IMG/VR virus record: IMGVR_UViG_3300027804_000049
Span: 50,611 to 114,610 of that record
Source of the DNA: a virus
DNA: 64,000 nt
Reading direction: 5' to 3' (one strand)
How positions within the stretch are numbered: the stretch's first letter is position 1; each line of letters starts with the position of its first letter. The notes under the pieces were generated by a model that did no database searches, was not told the origin of the DNA, and saw nothing but the letters and a program-made list of their open reading frames with translations. Below are positions 55,041-64,000 of the stretch, one piece after another. The position numbers and the translations under genes are program-made.

Positions 55041-55331
55041 CTAATGTAACTTTATTCTCAACAAAGAGCGTCTTTGATCTTCGGTAGTCGCGCCCCACAC
55101 GCCATAAATCTCTGGAACCTTTAATGCGTGTTCAAGACATTTATCAACTACAGGGCATCTCTTGCAAATACTTACTGCCTTTCGTTCCTTTTTTCTTTTG
55201 GTTGTAGATCTTTCTCCATGCTCTAAAAAGAAAATGCTAGGATCCATCTTTGCGCACTCACCTTGATTTTGCCACTCCCACTCTTCTATAATTGGAGATA
55301 ATAAAGGTGGCTTGCGACTCGAGTAACTCAC
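55041..55331 (-). CDS. whiB: WhiB-family transcription factor (WhiB3-like)
   Basis: WEWQNQGEC..IFF..CKRCPVVDKCLEHAL..YGVWG. Confidence 0.92.
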   Translation of the reverse strand: MSYSSRKPPLLSPIIEEWEWQNQGECAKMDPSIFFLEHGERSTTKRKKERKAVSICKRCPVVDKCLEHALKVPEIYGVWGATTEDQRRSLLRIKLH

Positions 55332-55367
55332 AAGCAGAATTTTATACTTCTTATAATTAAAAGTAAA

Positions 55368-55541
55368 CTACCTTGAGGTAGAGTAAAACCCACTTCCCTT
55401 AAACTGTATGCCAGGAACAGTGTAGATCCGCTTAAGTAACGTCTGGCACTTGGGGCAGATCGGACTTCCCTCAGGATCAGTTAAAGGTCTTTGTATCGAG
55501 ATGTCGTGCTTGTTCTCGCATACGTAGTCATATACCGCCAC
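55368..55541 (-). CDS. FmdB-family zinc ribbon protein
   Basis: Manual translation MAVYDYVC..CPKC..IQFKGSGFYST. Confidence 0.8.
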   Translation of the reverse strand: MAVYDYVCENKHDISIQRPLTDPEGSPICPKCQTLLKRIYTVPGIQFKGSGFYSTSR

Positions 55542-57577
55542 TACTGATTATCCTTTATAAGTTTTACCTCACACGAGTCAGTGGTACAGTAACTTTCCCC
55601 AATAGCATCTGCTGCCATTCCTGCGTAGACTCCCGTAAAGTCAATCGGAAACAACTTCATTGTCGCCTCCTCATATTTATCTGCGGTGATCTGAGTGTAT
55701 GGCATCTGCGGATACACGAAGTTACCCTGCGGTAAAAATGATACGGTCTTTAGTTGGCCGTCATACATGTGTAATACGGTTCCGACGTGCTCTGCTTCCT
55801 TTTCACTATCAAATGATACGGTAACTGATACGGAGTTATCTGACCAGTACCTTTGCGCGGTTGCAGCAAGGTTCATCTTCTCAAAGATAGTTACGTCCTT
55901 CTCCGAGCGGCGTGCACCTGACTTAATCGGAAAGAAAACAACCGAGGTTGTATCTGGCGACTCTGACGCAGACTCAACACGATAGTTTGCCATCTTGAAT
56001 AGTGGAAGCATTGGATCTGAGTTTGCAAATCTTATTGCGCGGTCAAAGTACTCTCCACCGACCGTCCAGTGAACTCCTGGGCTTTCACCTGCAAGAATAG
56101 ACACTGTTCCTGATGGCTTAACCGTAGTCATCTTAATTGACTCGCGAATACCAAGCCACTCTGAATACGTGTTATCGTGCTGCTTAATACGCTTGTATCC
56201 TTCGTCCATCCATTCGCGAAGAACAGGTAAACCATTGCTATCTGCAAAGTTTGCAACACCAGATATAGAAGTCCCAATGCGGCGATTACGTTGCATGATG
56301 GCGTTTGTCTCTTCCCAGTGTGTAGGAAGCAGCGTTACTGTCTTTGCGTATAGATAAGCAAACTTAAGTGTGCGCTTAAAATCTTCAAGGTTATCGTGAC
56401 GATTTAGATATGTCTCAACAAGTGTGCAGCACTCGTATGACTCAAGGCTCTGCTCAGCGCAAGGATTGTACCCAGCTACTCGCCAGTCCTTATTGTTTAT
56501 TGGATCTGCAAGACGACCATACTTACGTGATACGTCCATCCAAATAACTCCAGGCTCACCGTTGCGGGCAATACCTTCTACAACTAATGATAGATCTTTT
56601 CCAACCTCGGTCTCAACTGAGTTGTTTGACATCCAACCCCAGCCAGGAGCTGATGAATCATATGAGTTACGCTCTGGAAAACGTTCTACATTTTTAAGAT
56701 TTAGGAAGTTGTCATCGTCTATGCGCCCGATAAGAAGCTCAGCAGAGCGCCTAACGTTGCCGCTAACAACACACACGCCAATGAGATTACCAATATCAGC
56801 GATGTCAGTACGCGTAATTTTTTCACCAGCTCGTCCTTTAAAGATTCTTCGTATGTGATTGTGTAATTTTTCTAACGGCTCTGACCCCGCCGCTGTACCC
56901 CCGAATGTTTTGATGGGCGTGCCTGCTGGGCGGATTTCTTTGTAATCAAATACTGGGCTTTTCGTATCCGCTCGTAGGTAGGAATTGATGAGTGATGCGA
57001 CGGACTCAACCCACCCTTCTCGGGTATCTGGGATGACATAGATATCTCCTTCCTGCGGTGAATAAATTGTAAAGTCTTTATCAGCACCTTTATCGTCAAA
57101 TCCTACACCAACTCCGAGCATGCTAGCTTCCATAAGAAATGCAAAAGGACGTGACGGGTTTTGTCTTGTCATCTCTGTAGTTGAAACAAACGCGCAGTTT
57201 TGTAATGCCGCTGAGTTTTTATGTTGGTTAACAAGAGGTGTACCCATAATCCATAGACCACGTCCAGGTGGTGTCCACTTTAAGTTAAACAGTCTATCAA
57301 ATGCCTCCTTGGCTGATGCCTGTGCCTTTGCATCATTCCACGGTAGACGTTGACTTTTACAGTGATCCTTTTGAATTGAGTACATGCCGTTTATTACTCT
57401 TTCACAAACGTCGACCCATGTTTCCTTGTGCCCGTCATCTTTTAATCTCGAGTACGTACGTAAAAACGTAATCTCACCTACGGAGTTTCCAGCCGCATCT
57501 GCATAACCAAATGGAGCTTTCTTACCTTTGTATCCTGCTACAAAATCTTCGCTTAACTTAAAAGACAGAAAACTCAC
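55541..57577 (-). CDS. nrdJ: Class II (B12-dependent) ribonucleotide reductase
   Basis: PPGRGLW, LQNC, GNVRRSA, NPCAEQ, TTVKPSGT, C-terminal CTTDSC. Confidence 0.93.
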   Translation of the reverse strand: MSFLSFKLSEDFVAGYKGKKAPFGYADAAGNSVGEITFLRTYSRLKDDGHKETWVDVCERVINGMYSIQKDHCKSQRLPWNDAKAQASAKEAFDRLFNLKWTPPGRGLWIMGTPLVNQHKNSAALQNCAFVSTTEMTRQNPSRPFAFLMEASMLGVGVGFDDKGADKDFTIYSPQEGDIYVIPDTREGWVESVASLINSYLRADTKSPVFDYKEIRPAGTPIKTFGGTAAGSEPLEKLHNHIRRIFKGRAGEKITRTDIADIGNLIGVCVVSGNVRRSAELLIGRIDDDNFLNLKNVERFPERNSYDSSAPGWGWMSNNSVETEVGKDLSLVVEGIARNGEPGVIWMDVSRKYGRLADPINNKDWRVAGYNPCAEQSLESYECCTLVETYLNRHDNLEDFKRTLKFAYLYAKTVTLLPTHWEETNAIMQRNRRIGTSISGVANFADSNGLPVLREWMDEGYKRIKQHDNTYSEWLGIRESIKMTTVKPSGTVSILAGESPGVHWTVGGEYFDRAIRFANSDPMLPLFKMANYRVESASESPDTTSVVFFPIKSGARRSEKDVTIFEKMNLAATAQRYWSDNSVSVTVSFDSEKEAEHVGTVLHMYDGQLKTVSFLPQGNFVYPQMPYTQITADKYEEATMKLFPIDFTGVYAGMAADAIGESYCTTDSCEVKLIKDNQ

Positions 57578-57665
57578 GTAAGGCTCCCTACTTATATAAT
57601 TGGTTTCTATTTAGAAATGCTGGTCAAATTATACTGATTTGTTGATTTATATAGTAATGAAACGC

Positions 57666-57893
57666 TTACCCGAACAGCGACTTAAATAACTCTTTACAGG
57701 TCGGACATACAGGGTACTTCTCAGGATCGCGGTGAGGAACCCACACCTTTCCGCATAGGGCAATAACCGGAGTTCCCTCAATAAGTGCTTTAGTCATCTC
57801 AACCTTGTTCACATAGTGAGCAAATACGTCATGGTCACCGTTACTGTTTGATGTTTTTTCCCTGGTATCTACATCTTCAACTACGTCGCTCAT
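57666..57893 (-). CDS. DUF3039 family protein
   Basis: FAHYV..GTPVIALCGKVWVP.RDP..PVCPTCKE; leaderless start 57893. Confidence 0.85.
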   Translation of the reverse strand: MSDVVEDVDTREKTSNSNGDHDVFAHYVNKVEMTKALIEGTPVIALCGKVWVPHRDPEKYPVCPTCKELFKSLFG

Positions 57894-57955
57894 GGCGCTA
57901 ATTATACTTATTTTGTTATATAGTGTCACCCTACCTAAGGATCCAAGGAGAGGTC

Positions 57956-58336
57956 ATGGCACTGCACAACCATATTCTTATCAACGGGCGTGTTCACAAC
58001 CCACCACAGGACATTGATGATGCTATTAAGTGGCTTCGTGAGCTTGTTGAAGCTATTGATATGAAGATCGTCCAAGGTCCCTTTGCCTCATACGTTGACA
58101 AGGAGGGTAATCGCGGTCTCACCGCTGCGGTGATGATTGAGACCTCTCACATCGCGTTTCACGTGTGGGACGAGGAAACGCCCGCGCTTTTGCAGTTTGA
58201 TCTTTACACCTGCTCAACGCTTCCTGTACCGACCGTCTTAAGAATGATTGATGAGTACATGGAGTTCGAGTCTTATAAATACGTTGTGTATGAAAGAACC
58301 AACGAGTTTAACGTTGTTGAAACTGGCAAGTTTTAA
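57956..58336 (+). CDS. speD: S-adenosylmethionine decarboxylase proenzyme
   Basis: GLTAAVMIETSHIAFHVWDE..QFDLYTCS; ATG after GGAGAGG. Confidence 0.8.
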   Translation: MALHNHILINGRVHNPPQDIDDAIKWLRELVEAIDMKIVQGPFASYVDKEGNRGLTAAVMIETSHIAFHVWDEETPALLQFDLYTCSTLPVPTVLRMIDEYMEFESYKYVVYERTNEFNVVETGKF

Positions 58337-59166
58337 TGTCACTCGCGGAGTTTAGCCAACAGGAGCTTGACTCCCTAAAAGGTAAGCGTGTCATGATTGC
58401 CACTCCTTGTTATGGCGGTCAACTTTCAGTTTACTACTTTAAGTCCTATCTCGATCTTATCTCCGAGTTTAGTAGCCGCGGTGTCGATTATGTACTTTCA
58501 ATGATCTCAAATGAAAGTCTTATCACGCGCGCTCGCAACACCATCGCATCAAACTTTCTTACCTACGAGGACGCAAAAGGTAAGCTAGACTATTTATTCT
58601 TTATTGACTCGGACATACAATTTCACCCACACGCGGCGTTACGCCTTTTACTTCACGACAAGGACGTTATTACCGCCTCGTATCCGATGAAGGTAATTGA
58701 CTTTTCCAACGTTGAAAATCAGGCGCTATCTGCCCAGGATCTTGCGACCAACACAACAAGCTATGCGATTAACCTTAAGTTTGATTCCGAGGAACAACGT
58801 GAAAAAGGTCAACTCCGTCTTAAGGACGGTCTATTAGAACTCGTTGACGGAGCCACAGGTTTTATGCTTATTAAGCGTAATGTTCTTGAGACGATGCGCG
58901 ATGTATTTCCAGAGCTTGCCTATTCAAATGACTCGATTGACGTAAAACTTGACGGAAGCAGCGAAATTAAAAAGGTTAATCACTACGCCTTCTTTGACAC
59001 GATGATTGATCCCAATGACAAGCGCTATCTCTCAGAGGACTACGCGTTTTGTCGTCGCTGGCAGTCTCTAGGAAATAAGGTCTGGCTTGATCCGTTTATT
59101 AAACTTAACCACGTTGGAAATCATATCTTCCAGGGGCGACCTTTAATTAAGGAAGAAAAGGCTTAA
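58336..59166 (+). CDS. GT-A fold glycosyltransferase-like protein
   Basis: IATPCYGG, ESLITRARN, FIDSD, TGFMLI, LSEDYAFC. Confidence 0.75.
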   Translation: MSLAEFSQQELDSLKGKRVMIATPCYGGQLSVYYFKSYLDLISEFSSRGVDYVLSMISNESLITRARNTIASNFLTYEDAKGKLDYLFFIDSDIQFHPHAALRLLLHDKDVITASYPMKVIDFSNVENQALSAQDLATNTTSYAINLKFDSEEQREKGQLRLKDGLLELVDGATGFMLIKRNVLETMRDVFPELAYSNDSIDVKLDGSSEIKKVNHYAFFDTMIDPNDKRYLSEDYAFCRRWQSLGNKVWLDPFIKLNHVGNHIFQGRPLIKEEKA

Positions 59167-59464
59167 ACTCCTTAAGTACAAAAGGCTTTGGCCTTGCACC
59201 CATAAAGCGTGATACCTCACTACCTTTTACAAATAGCAAGATCGTTGGTATTGAGTTTATGTGGTGACGGTGAACAAGGCTGATCTCCTCGTCCGCGTTG
59301 ATCTTTACGACCTTTATCTTACCCGCGCTCTCACTTTCAATCTCCTCAAGCACAGGCAACATTACCTTACAAGGGTTACACCAGTCTGCCCAAAAGTCAA
59401 CTATCACAGGTCCTTCAGACTCAAGTACCTCTGATACAAAATTACTCGCGGTGACAGTAATCAT
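59147..59464 (-). CDS. trxA: Thioredoxin
   Basis: VDFWADWCNPCK, SIPT. Confidence 0.9.
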   Translation of the reverse strand: MITVTASNFVSEVLESEGPVIVDFWADWCNPCKVMLPVLEEIESESAGKIKVVKINADEEISLVHRHHINSIPTILLFVKGSEVSRFMGARPKPFVLKEFKPFLP

Positions 59465-59466
59465 AT

Positions 59467-60321
59467 TTATCTTACGTAAACCAAAACCTGCCCAGAACCG
59501 CCAGCACTTCCATTTCGACTTCCACCGCTAGACCCATTAGGCATTACTTTTCCTCCACCACCTGCTCCACCACCACCTCCGCCAGTATTGCCAGAGCCAG
59601 CATTTCCACTATTACCAGCATTTGCATTGCTAAATTTTTGCGCTGACCCACCAGAACCACCGTTTCCTCCTCCGTTACCTCCACTAGAACCACCGCCGCC
59701 AGACCCAGTATTAAATCCTGCATTTTGAGTATTATTAATCATACCGCCGCCACCGCCACCGCCGCCACCACCGCCTGCTTGAACACCAGAAATATTATTA
59801 GTTATAAAATTAACCGTGTCACCACTAGCGCCAACTGATACTCCAGGGTCGCCATCACCGTCTGAGGTAGCACCTGAACCCGCTGTTCCGCCAATTGCCC
59901 CAGAACTACTTGATGCTTTTGTATTTATATTATTTGATGTAACAGTTCCACCACTACCACCAGAACCGCCAGCACTTCCATTAGAACTACCACCACTACT
60001 TCCTGATGCTAATGTAACTAAATTACCAAAAACAGTATTACCTGACCCAGCACCAATTGTTACTGTATAGGTTTGTGCAGGTGATACAGCATAGTCTTCA
60101 AATATGTAAGCAGCACCTCCGCCGCCACCACCGCCACCGCCCCATGGAACATTATTTACTGCATTAGAATTTCCACCAGAACCTCCAGCGCCTATCATTG
60201 CAACCGCCATTTGAGTTTTTCCAGCAGGTACGGTGTAAGTACCTGAAGCGTTAAATGTTTGTGATAAAGCATATTCAGGCTCAACATATCCAGATGATAC
60301 AGTTCCAAGTATGCGCGCCAC
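59467..60321 (-). CDS. Glycine-rich virion/adhesin protein
   Basis: MARILGTVSSG..LSQTFNASGTYTVP..SGQVLVYVR. Confidence 0.75.
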   Translation of the reverse strand: MARILGTVSSGYVEPEYALSQTFNASGTYTVPAGKTQMAVAMIGAGGSGGNSNAVNNVPWGGGGGGGGGAAYIFEDYAVSPAQTYTVTIGAGSGNTVFGNLVTLASGSSGGSSNGSAGGSGGSGGTVTSNNINTKASSSSGAIGGTAGSGATSDGDGDPGVSVGASGDTVNFITNNISGVQAGGGGGGGGGGGMINNTQNAGFNTGSGGGGSSGGNGGGNGGSGGSAQKFSNANAGNSGNAGSGNTGGGGGGAGGGGKVMPNGSSGGSRNGSAGGSGQVLVYVR

Positions 60322-60455
60322 TACTTTTCTCCTTTTACTATCTTCATCACAAGCATGTATGTTCCCAGAGCATTGATTCCTCCAGGCGCCTTTAGCAAGG
60401 GCTCTATCGTATCCTCAATTTCCCTTGCAAGTTTCTCTCTTATCTCTTCCTCCAC
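60321..60455 (-). CDS. Hypothetical 44-aa protein
   Basis: Leaderless GTG after TAAAAT; EEEIREKLAREIE.. Confidence 0.45.
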   Translation of the reverse strand: MEEEIREKLAREIEDTIEPLLKAPGGINALGTYMLVMKIVKGEK

Positions 60456-60553
60456 GTCCTAATTTTATCCTACAATACCTGCGGTGATAGTTTTACTTTT
60501 TATCCGTTACCCTTTACTATTATGCCACAATGACGTACTACGAAAGGAATAAC

Positions 60554-61639
60554 ATGTCCCGCTTTATTAAGTCCCTAGGTGCCTCTCTCATACTGGCGCT
60601 CGCATTTTCAAGCTCCGCCAGTGCATGGTGGTCAATTTCACTACACGCACGAGAGCGTCTTATACATGACGGAGAACTGCACGTAAACGCAAACTCGTAT
60701 TTCACGATCTCGGTAGACGAGCTTACCAAGCAAATCGAGGTTGGAGATAAGGTCGCGGTGATCAACTCCGGCGGAGTCATCGACAAGATCATCACCGTCA
60801 CGGAGTCAACTGACCTGTCTAATATCTACGCGGCCGGGATTCCCGAGTCTGGCGGAGTTAAGTATACAGACGCAGACGGAGTTATTCGTCTTGACGCAAT
60901 TAACCAAGGCGACATTATTTCGGTCTCAACACCTAACGGTGACGTAACTCTTAATGATAAGGTTGATCTAACTCAAGTTTCAGGTAGTAACCCTAACCCA
61001 GAGCCTTCAGGGACTCCGACTCCTGACTCAAGTACGTCGACCATAACTGCGGTGACGATTTCACAAGATAGCTCAACGTCTATAACTGTAACTCCTCCTG
61101 TTGCCGAGGAAGGAACAAGCGTATCCGTTCAGGTTATTACCGATGGACGCTCGCATACATCTGTTGGAACTGATAATACAGGTACCTCCGTTACCATCAC
61201 GGATATTCCTTCCAACTCAAACGTGACAGTTCAAACCACGGTTGTTGATAACTCAACAGGTACTACTACAGTTATCCAAAATCCAGTTGTTACAACACCT
61301 GTAATTGTAGTTGCTGCACCTGAGCCTGCGCGTAACGAGACGGTTGATAAGGCAACCATTACGCAACCTGAGGTTACGTCTCAAGGACAAGGATCAAACG
61401 GACATCGATCTGCTAATATACAGGTTCCGGAGATTCCAAACTTTGATCCAGCAAAGACAAACGTTCAGCTCGTTATTCGTGACAAGACAGGCGCTACCAC
61501 CGCGATGGGTCTTGGCGGAGAGGGTGGCGTTGTTACCGTTGACTGGCTCTCACCAACTGAGTCATATGAAATTACGGTTGTTATCCGCGATCTCGGGACA
61601 GGACGCGAAACGTCTATAGCAGGTAATCGCCTGCCATAG
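60554..61639 (+). CDS. Secreted beta-rich (Ig/FN3-like) protein
   Basis: ACGAAAGGA RBS; signal peptide MSRFIKS..SASA; T/S/V-rich domains. Confidence 0.65.
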   Translation: MSRFIKSLGASLILALAFSSSASAWWSISLHARERLIHDGELHVNANSYFTISVDELTKQIEVGDKVAVINSGGVIDKIITVTESTDLSNIYAAGIPESGGVKYTDADGVIRLDAINQGDIISVSTPNGDVTLNDKVDLTQVSGSNPNPEPSGTPTPDSSTSTITAVTISQDSSTSITVTPPVAEEGTSVSVQVITDGRSHTSVGTDNTGTSVTITDIPSNSNVTVQTTVVDNSTGTTTVIQNPVVTTPVIVVAAPEPARNETVDKATITQPEVTSQGQGSNGHRSANIQVPEIPNFDPAKTNVQLVIRDKTGATTAMGLGGEGGVVTVDWLSPTESYEITVVIRDLGTGRETSIAGNRLP

Positions 61640-61645
61640 ATAGAC

Positions 61646-61687
61646 AAAAAGAAAGACCGCGCTACCTTTCGCGCGGTCTTTTCTTTT
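61646..61687. terminator. Bidirectional terminator
   Basis: AAAGACCGCGC-TACCTTTC-GCGCGGTCTTT with A and T tracts between convergent genes. Confidence 0.85.
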
Positions 61688-61695
61688 GTTTAAGT

Positions 61696-62700
61696 TTATT
61701 GAACGTAGACTAAAACTTGCCCACTTGCACCAGACCCACCGGCAAATGAACCACCACCACCGCCACCTGGCCCGTTTCCAGTAGAACCAGGTCCGTTGTA
61801 CTGAACTTCCCCTACATTGGGATTATTATTATTTCCTCCACGAGAAGCGCCACCGCCACCATAAGGACTACCACCTGCTCCTCCTGATTTTGGCTGAAAC
61901 TGACTTTCAGCGTTATTCTGGCCTCTTCCACCAACTCCGCCACCGCCACCGCCGTGAGAAACTGCATTTGGCAGTCCAGCACCAAAACCAGAAGCATTTG
62001 TCAAAACTATGTTTCCGCCAGCTCCTCCAGCTCCTCCAGCAAGTGATGTGGTCCAAGCACCTTCTTCATTTGCAGCAAAATCTCGACCAGCATTTCCACC
62101 AGCGGCACCGCCGCCATTTCCGACTACAATACCAGAAGCATTTCCATTTCCAGAACTATTAATCAAATTTCCAAAACTACTTGTTCCTCCAGATCCACCA
62201 ACAGTAACAGTATAAGTCGTTCCTAGTGATGGACTATTTACAATAACTCCTGAAGCAAAACCACCAGCGCCTCCTACACCATTATTTGGTGCATTGCTGC
62301 CTCCGCTAACTGTATAAACAGCGTATTTCTGTGCTGTATTTGGAATAGTGTAATTTCCTGAAGCATTAAATGTTTGAGATAAAACAAACTCAGGGACAGC
62401 TGGAGTTACAGCGGCAGACGCAGAAGATGCTGCTCCTTGAACTCCGCTGGCACTTGCACTTACAGTAAACGTGTAAGAAGTTCCATTTGAAAGACCAGTA
62501 ACAACTAAAGGACTTGAAGAACCACTTGCGGTAAGTCCGCCAGGAGAGCTTGTAACGGTGTAGTTGACTGTGCCCTTACCTGTGTAGGCTGGTGGAGTAA
62601 AGCTTACTGTCGCCTGGGCGTTACCTTTAACTGCAGTAATTCCAGTAGGCTGGCCAGGTGCGCGGCCTGATTGTGATGCGCTACTGCCTAGTATAGGCAT
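61696..62700 (-). CDS. FN3 plus glycine-rich virion/adhesin protein
   Basis: MPILGSSASQSG, FN3, LSQTFNASG, SGQVLVYVQ. Confidence 0.75.
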   Translation of the reverse strand: MPILGSSASQSGRAPGQPTGITAVKGNAQATVSFTPPAYTGKGTVNYTVTSSPGGLTASGSSSPLVVTGLSNGTSYTFTVSASASGVQGAASSASAAVTPAVPEFVLSQTFNASGNYTIPNTAQKYAVYTVSGGSNAPNNGVGGAGGFASGVIVNSPSLGTTYTVTVGGSGGTSSFGNLINSSGNGNASGIVVGNGGGAAGGNAGRDFAANEEGAWTTSLAGGAGGAGGNIVLTNASGFGAGLPNAVSHGGGGGGVGGRGQNNAESQFQPKSGGAGGSPYGGGGASRGGNNNNPNVGEVQYNGPGSTGNGPGGGGGGSFAGGSGASGQVLVYVQ

Positions 62701-62762
62701 TTGCTTCCTTTCGCGCGGTCTTTTCTTTTCTTTTCTTTTCTTTTGTTTTATTCTAAACTAAA

Positions 62763-63998
62763 TTATCTTACGTAAACCAAAACCTGCCCAGAATATCCAT
62801 TACCACCTGCTGCTGGGTTTCCATAAATTCGAATTAGACTATTTCCAGTGGCTTGACCTGTTCCGCCGCCTCCGCCACCGCCACCGCCTCCACCAACAGC
62901 ATTTGCGCTACCTCCAACACCTCCATTACCATTACCTGGGTACCCGTATCTAGTGTTTCGTCCAGGGTCTCCGTAGCCAGGGTCTTCTCCAGACATATAT
63001 GCGCCACCACCACCGCTGCCTCCACCGTTATTATTTGTTCCACCGCTAGAGGAGTATCCACCATATCCAGACATCTGATTTCCTCCTCCACCACCGCCAG
63101 CGCCTGCTCCAGCATTCTTAGTTACAGAGCCTAAGCCAGTATAGTTATCAGTTATTGTTGCGTTTGCTCCATTTGCTCCATTATAAAGTCCTTGTGAACG
63201 GTCATATGTAAACCCACCAGCACCACCTGTTGCTCCAGCAGCAGTAGCGTTTACATAAGAAGATATGTTTGTAGAGTAATTTCCTGAAGTTCCTCCAGCG
63301 CCACCAGCAGTATGATTTCCAGCACCACCGCCATTGCCTCCATTTAGTGTTACTAAATTTGAAAATAAAGTTTGTCCACCAGCGTTACCAGCATTACTAC
63401 CAGATGATGCTGGAGAATTTACAGTATTTCCAGCATTCCCTGCTGCGCCAATTGTTACAGAGTATGTTTGTCCATTTGATATTGGGTATTCTTTAGCGCT
63501 AACGATATATCCGCCACCTGCACCTCCTCCACCCATTGGACCTTCTGACTGGCCAGTTTTTGCACTGTCAAAAGGAGAACCACCACCTCCACCTCCACCT
63601 GCACCTACAACAATTATAGCCATGTGGTTCTTACCAGATGGAACTGTGTAAGTTCCTGAAGCGTTAAATGTTTGCGATAAAGCGTATGCGGGAAGCGCTG
63701 GCGTAACAGAGGCAGAGGCTGATGACGCACTTCCTTGTACTCCAGCAGTTGTTGCACGTACAGTAAACGTGTAAGAAGTTCCATTTGAAAGACCAGTAAC
63801 AACTAAAGGACTTGAAGAACCAGATGCTGTAAACCCACCAGGGCTAGACGTTGCTGTGTAGTTGACCGTTCCCTTACCCGTGTAAGCAGGAACAGTAAAA
63901 GTAACAGTTGCCTGTGCATCACCTGCAGTTGCAGATACACTCGTAGGCTGGCCAGGTGCGCGGCCTGATTGTGATGCGCTACTGCCTAGTATAGGCAT
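62763..63998 (-). CDS. FN3 plus glycine-rich virion/adhesin protein
   Basis: MPILGSSASQSG, FN3, LSQTFNASG, SGQVLVYVR. Confidence 0.75.
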   Translation of the reverse strand: MPILGSSASQSGRAPGQPTSVSATAGDAQATVTFTVPAYTGKGTVNYTATSSPGGFTASGSSSPLVVTGLSNGTSYTFTVRATTAGVQGSASSASASVTPALPAYALSQTFNASGTYTVPSGKNHMAIIVVGAGGGGGGGSPFDSAKTGQSEGPMGGGGAGGGYIVSAKEYPISNGQTYSVTIGAAGNAGNTVNSPASSGSNAGNAGGQTLFSNLVTLNGGNGGGAGNHTAGGAGGTSGNYSTNISSYVNATAAGATGGAGGFTYDRSQGLYNGANGANATITDNYTGLGSVTKNAGAGAGGGGGGNQMSGYGGYSSSGGTNNNGGGSGGGGAYMSGEDPGYGDPGRNTRYGYPGNGNGGVGGSANAVGGGGGGGGGGGTGQATGNSLIRIYGNPAAGGNGYSGQVLVYVR

Positions 63999-64000
63999 TT

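Noticed and set aside
55541-57577. Intein or intron in nrdJ (also checked terL)
   Set aside because: Both have normal length and continuous motifs.
47224-63998. Diversity-generating retroelement or shufflon acting on Gly-rich genes
   Set aside because: No reverse transcriptase, no adenine-specific TR/VR pair and no invertase in the window.
1-64000. Alternative genetic code
   Set aside because: Long ORFs are intact under code 11, all three stops are used and there is no suppressor tRNA.

Overview
This is a 64-kb piece of a large tailed dsDNA phage genome, most likely infecting Actinomycetota. Host clues are two whiB genes, DUF3039, DUF1360, an actinophage-type portal and holin, and many leaderless genes; the gene content resembles freshwater actinophages. 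(1) 1-17.6 kb, minus strand: head module with TerL, portal, three large multidomain proteins (one with GNAT-like and HipA/PI3K-like kinase domains), a 1541-aa prohead-protease fusion and the start of the major capsid gene. (2) 17.9-35.7 kb: accessory/early island built from about 18-20 copies of one extended -10 promoter cassette (CCTGATATAATAGTAC, often followed by the RBS AACGACGAAAGGA). It drives small ORFs, HDAC, a dual-specificity phosphatase, a subtilisin, a MoxR AAA/vWA pair and at least three ORF-less structured RNAs; an Ntn protease and tRNA-Gly also lie in the island. (3) 35.8-40.3 kb: CHAP-like protein, TerS-like protein, holin, glycosyltransferase and an origin-like repeat region. 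(4) 40.7-64 kb: tail/adhesin paralogs (Gly-rich family with shared constant blocks), secreted surface proteins, whiB x2, class II RNR, SpeD and thioredoxin. Best leads: a recurring [LVI]-x-A-[ASG] motif at domain boundaries of all head proteins (putative protease polyprotein processing); the promoter-cassette array and its ncRNAs; and a possible writer (kinase+GNAT) / eraser (phosphatase+deacetylase) pair. All family calls come from motif recognition by eye; no database search was run.
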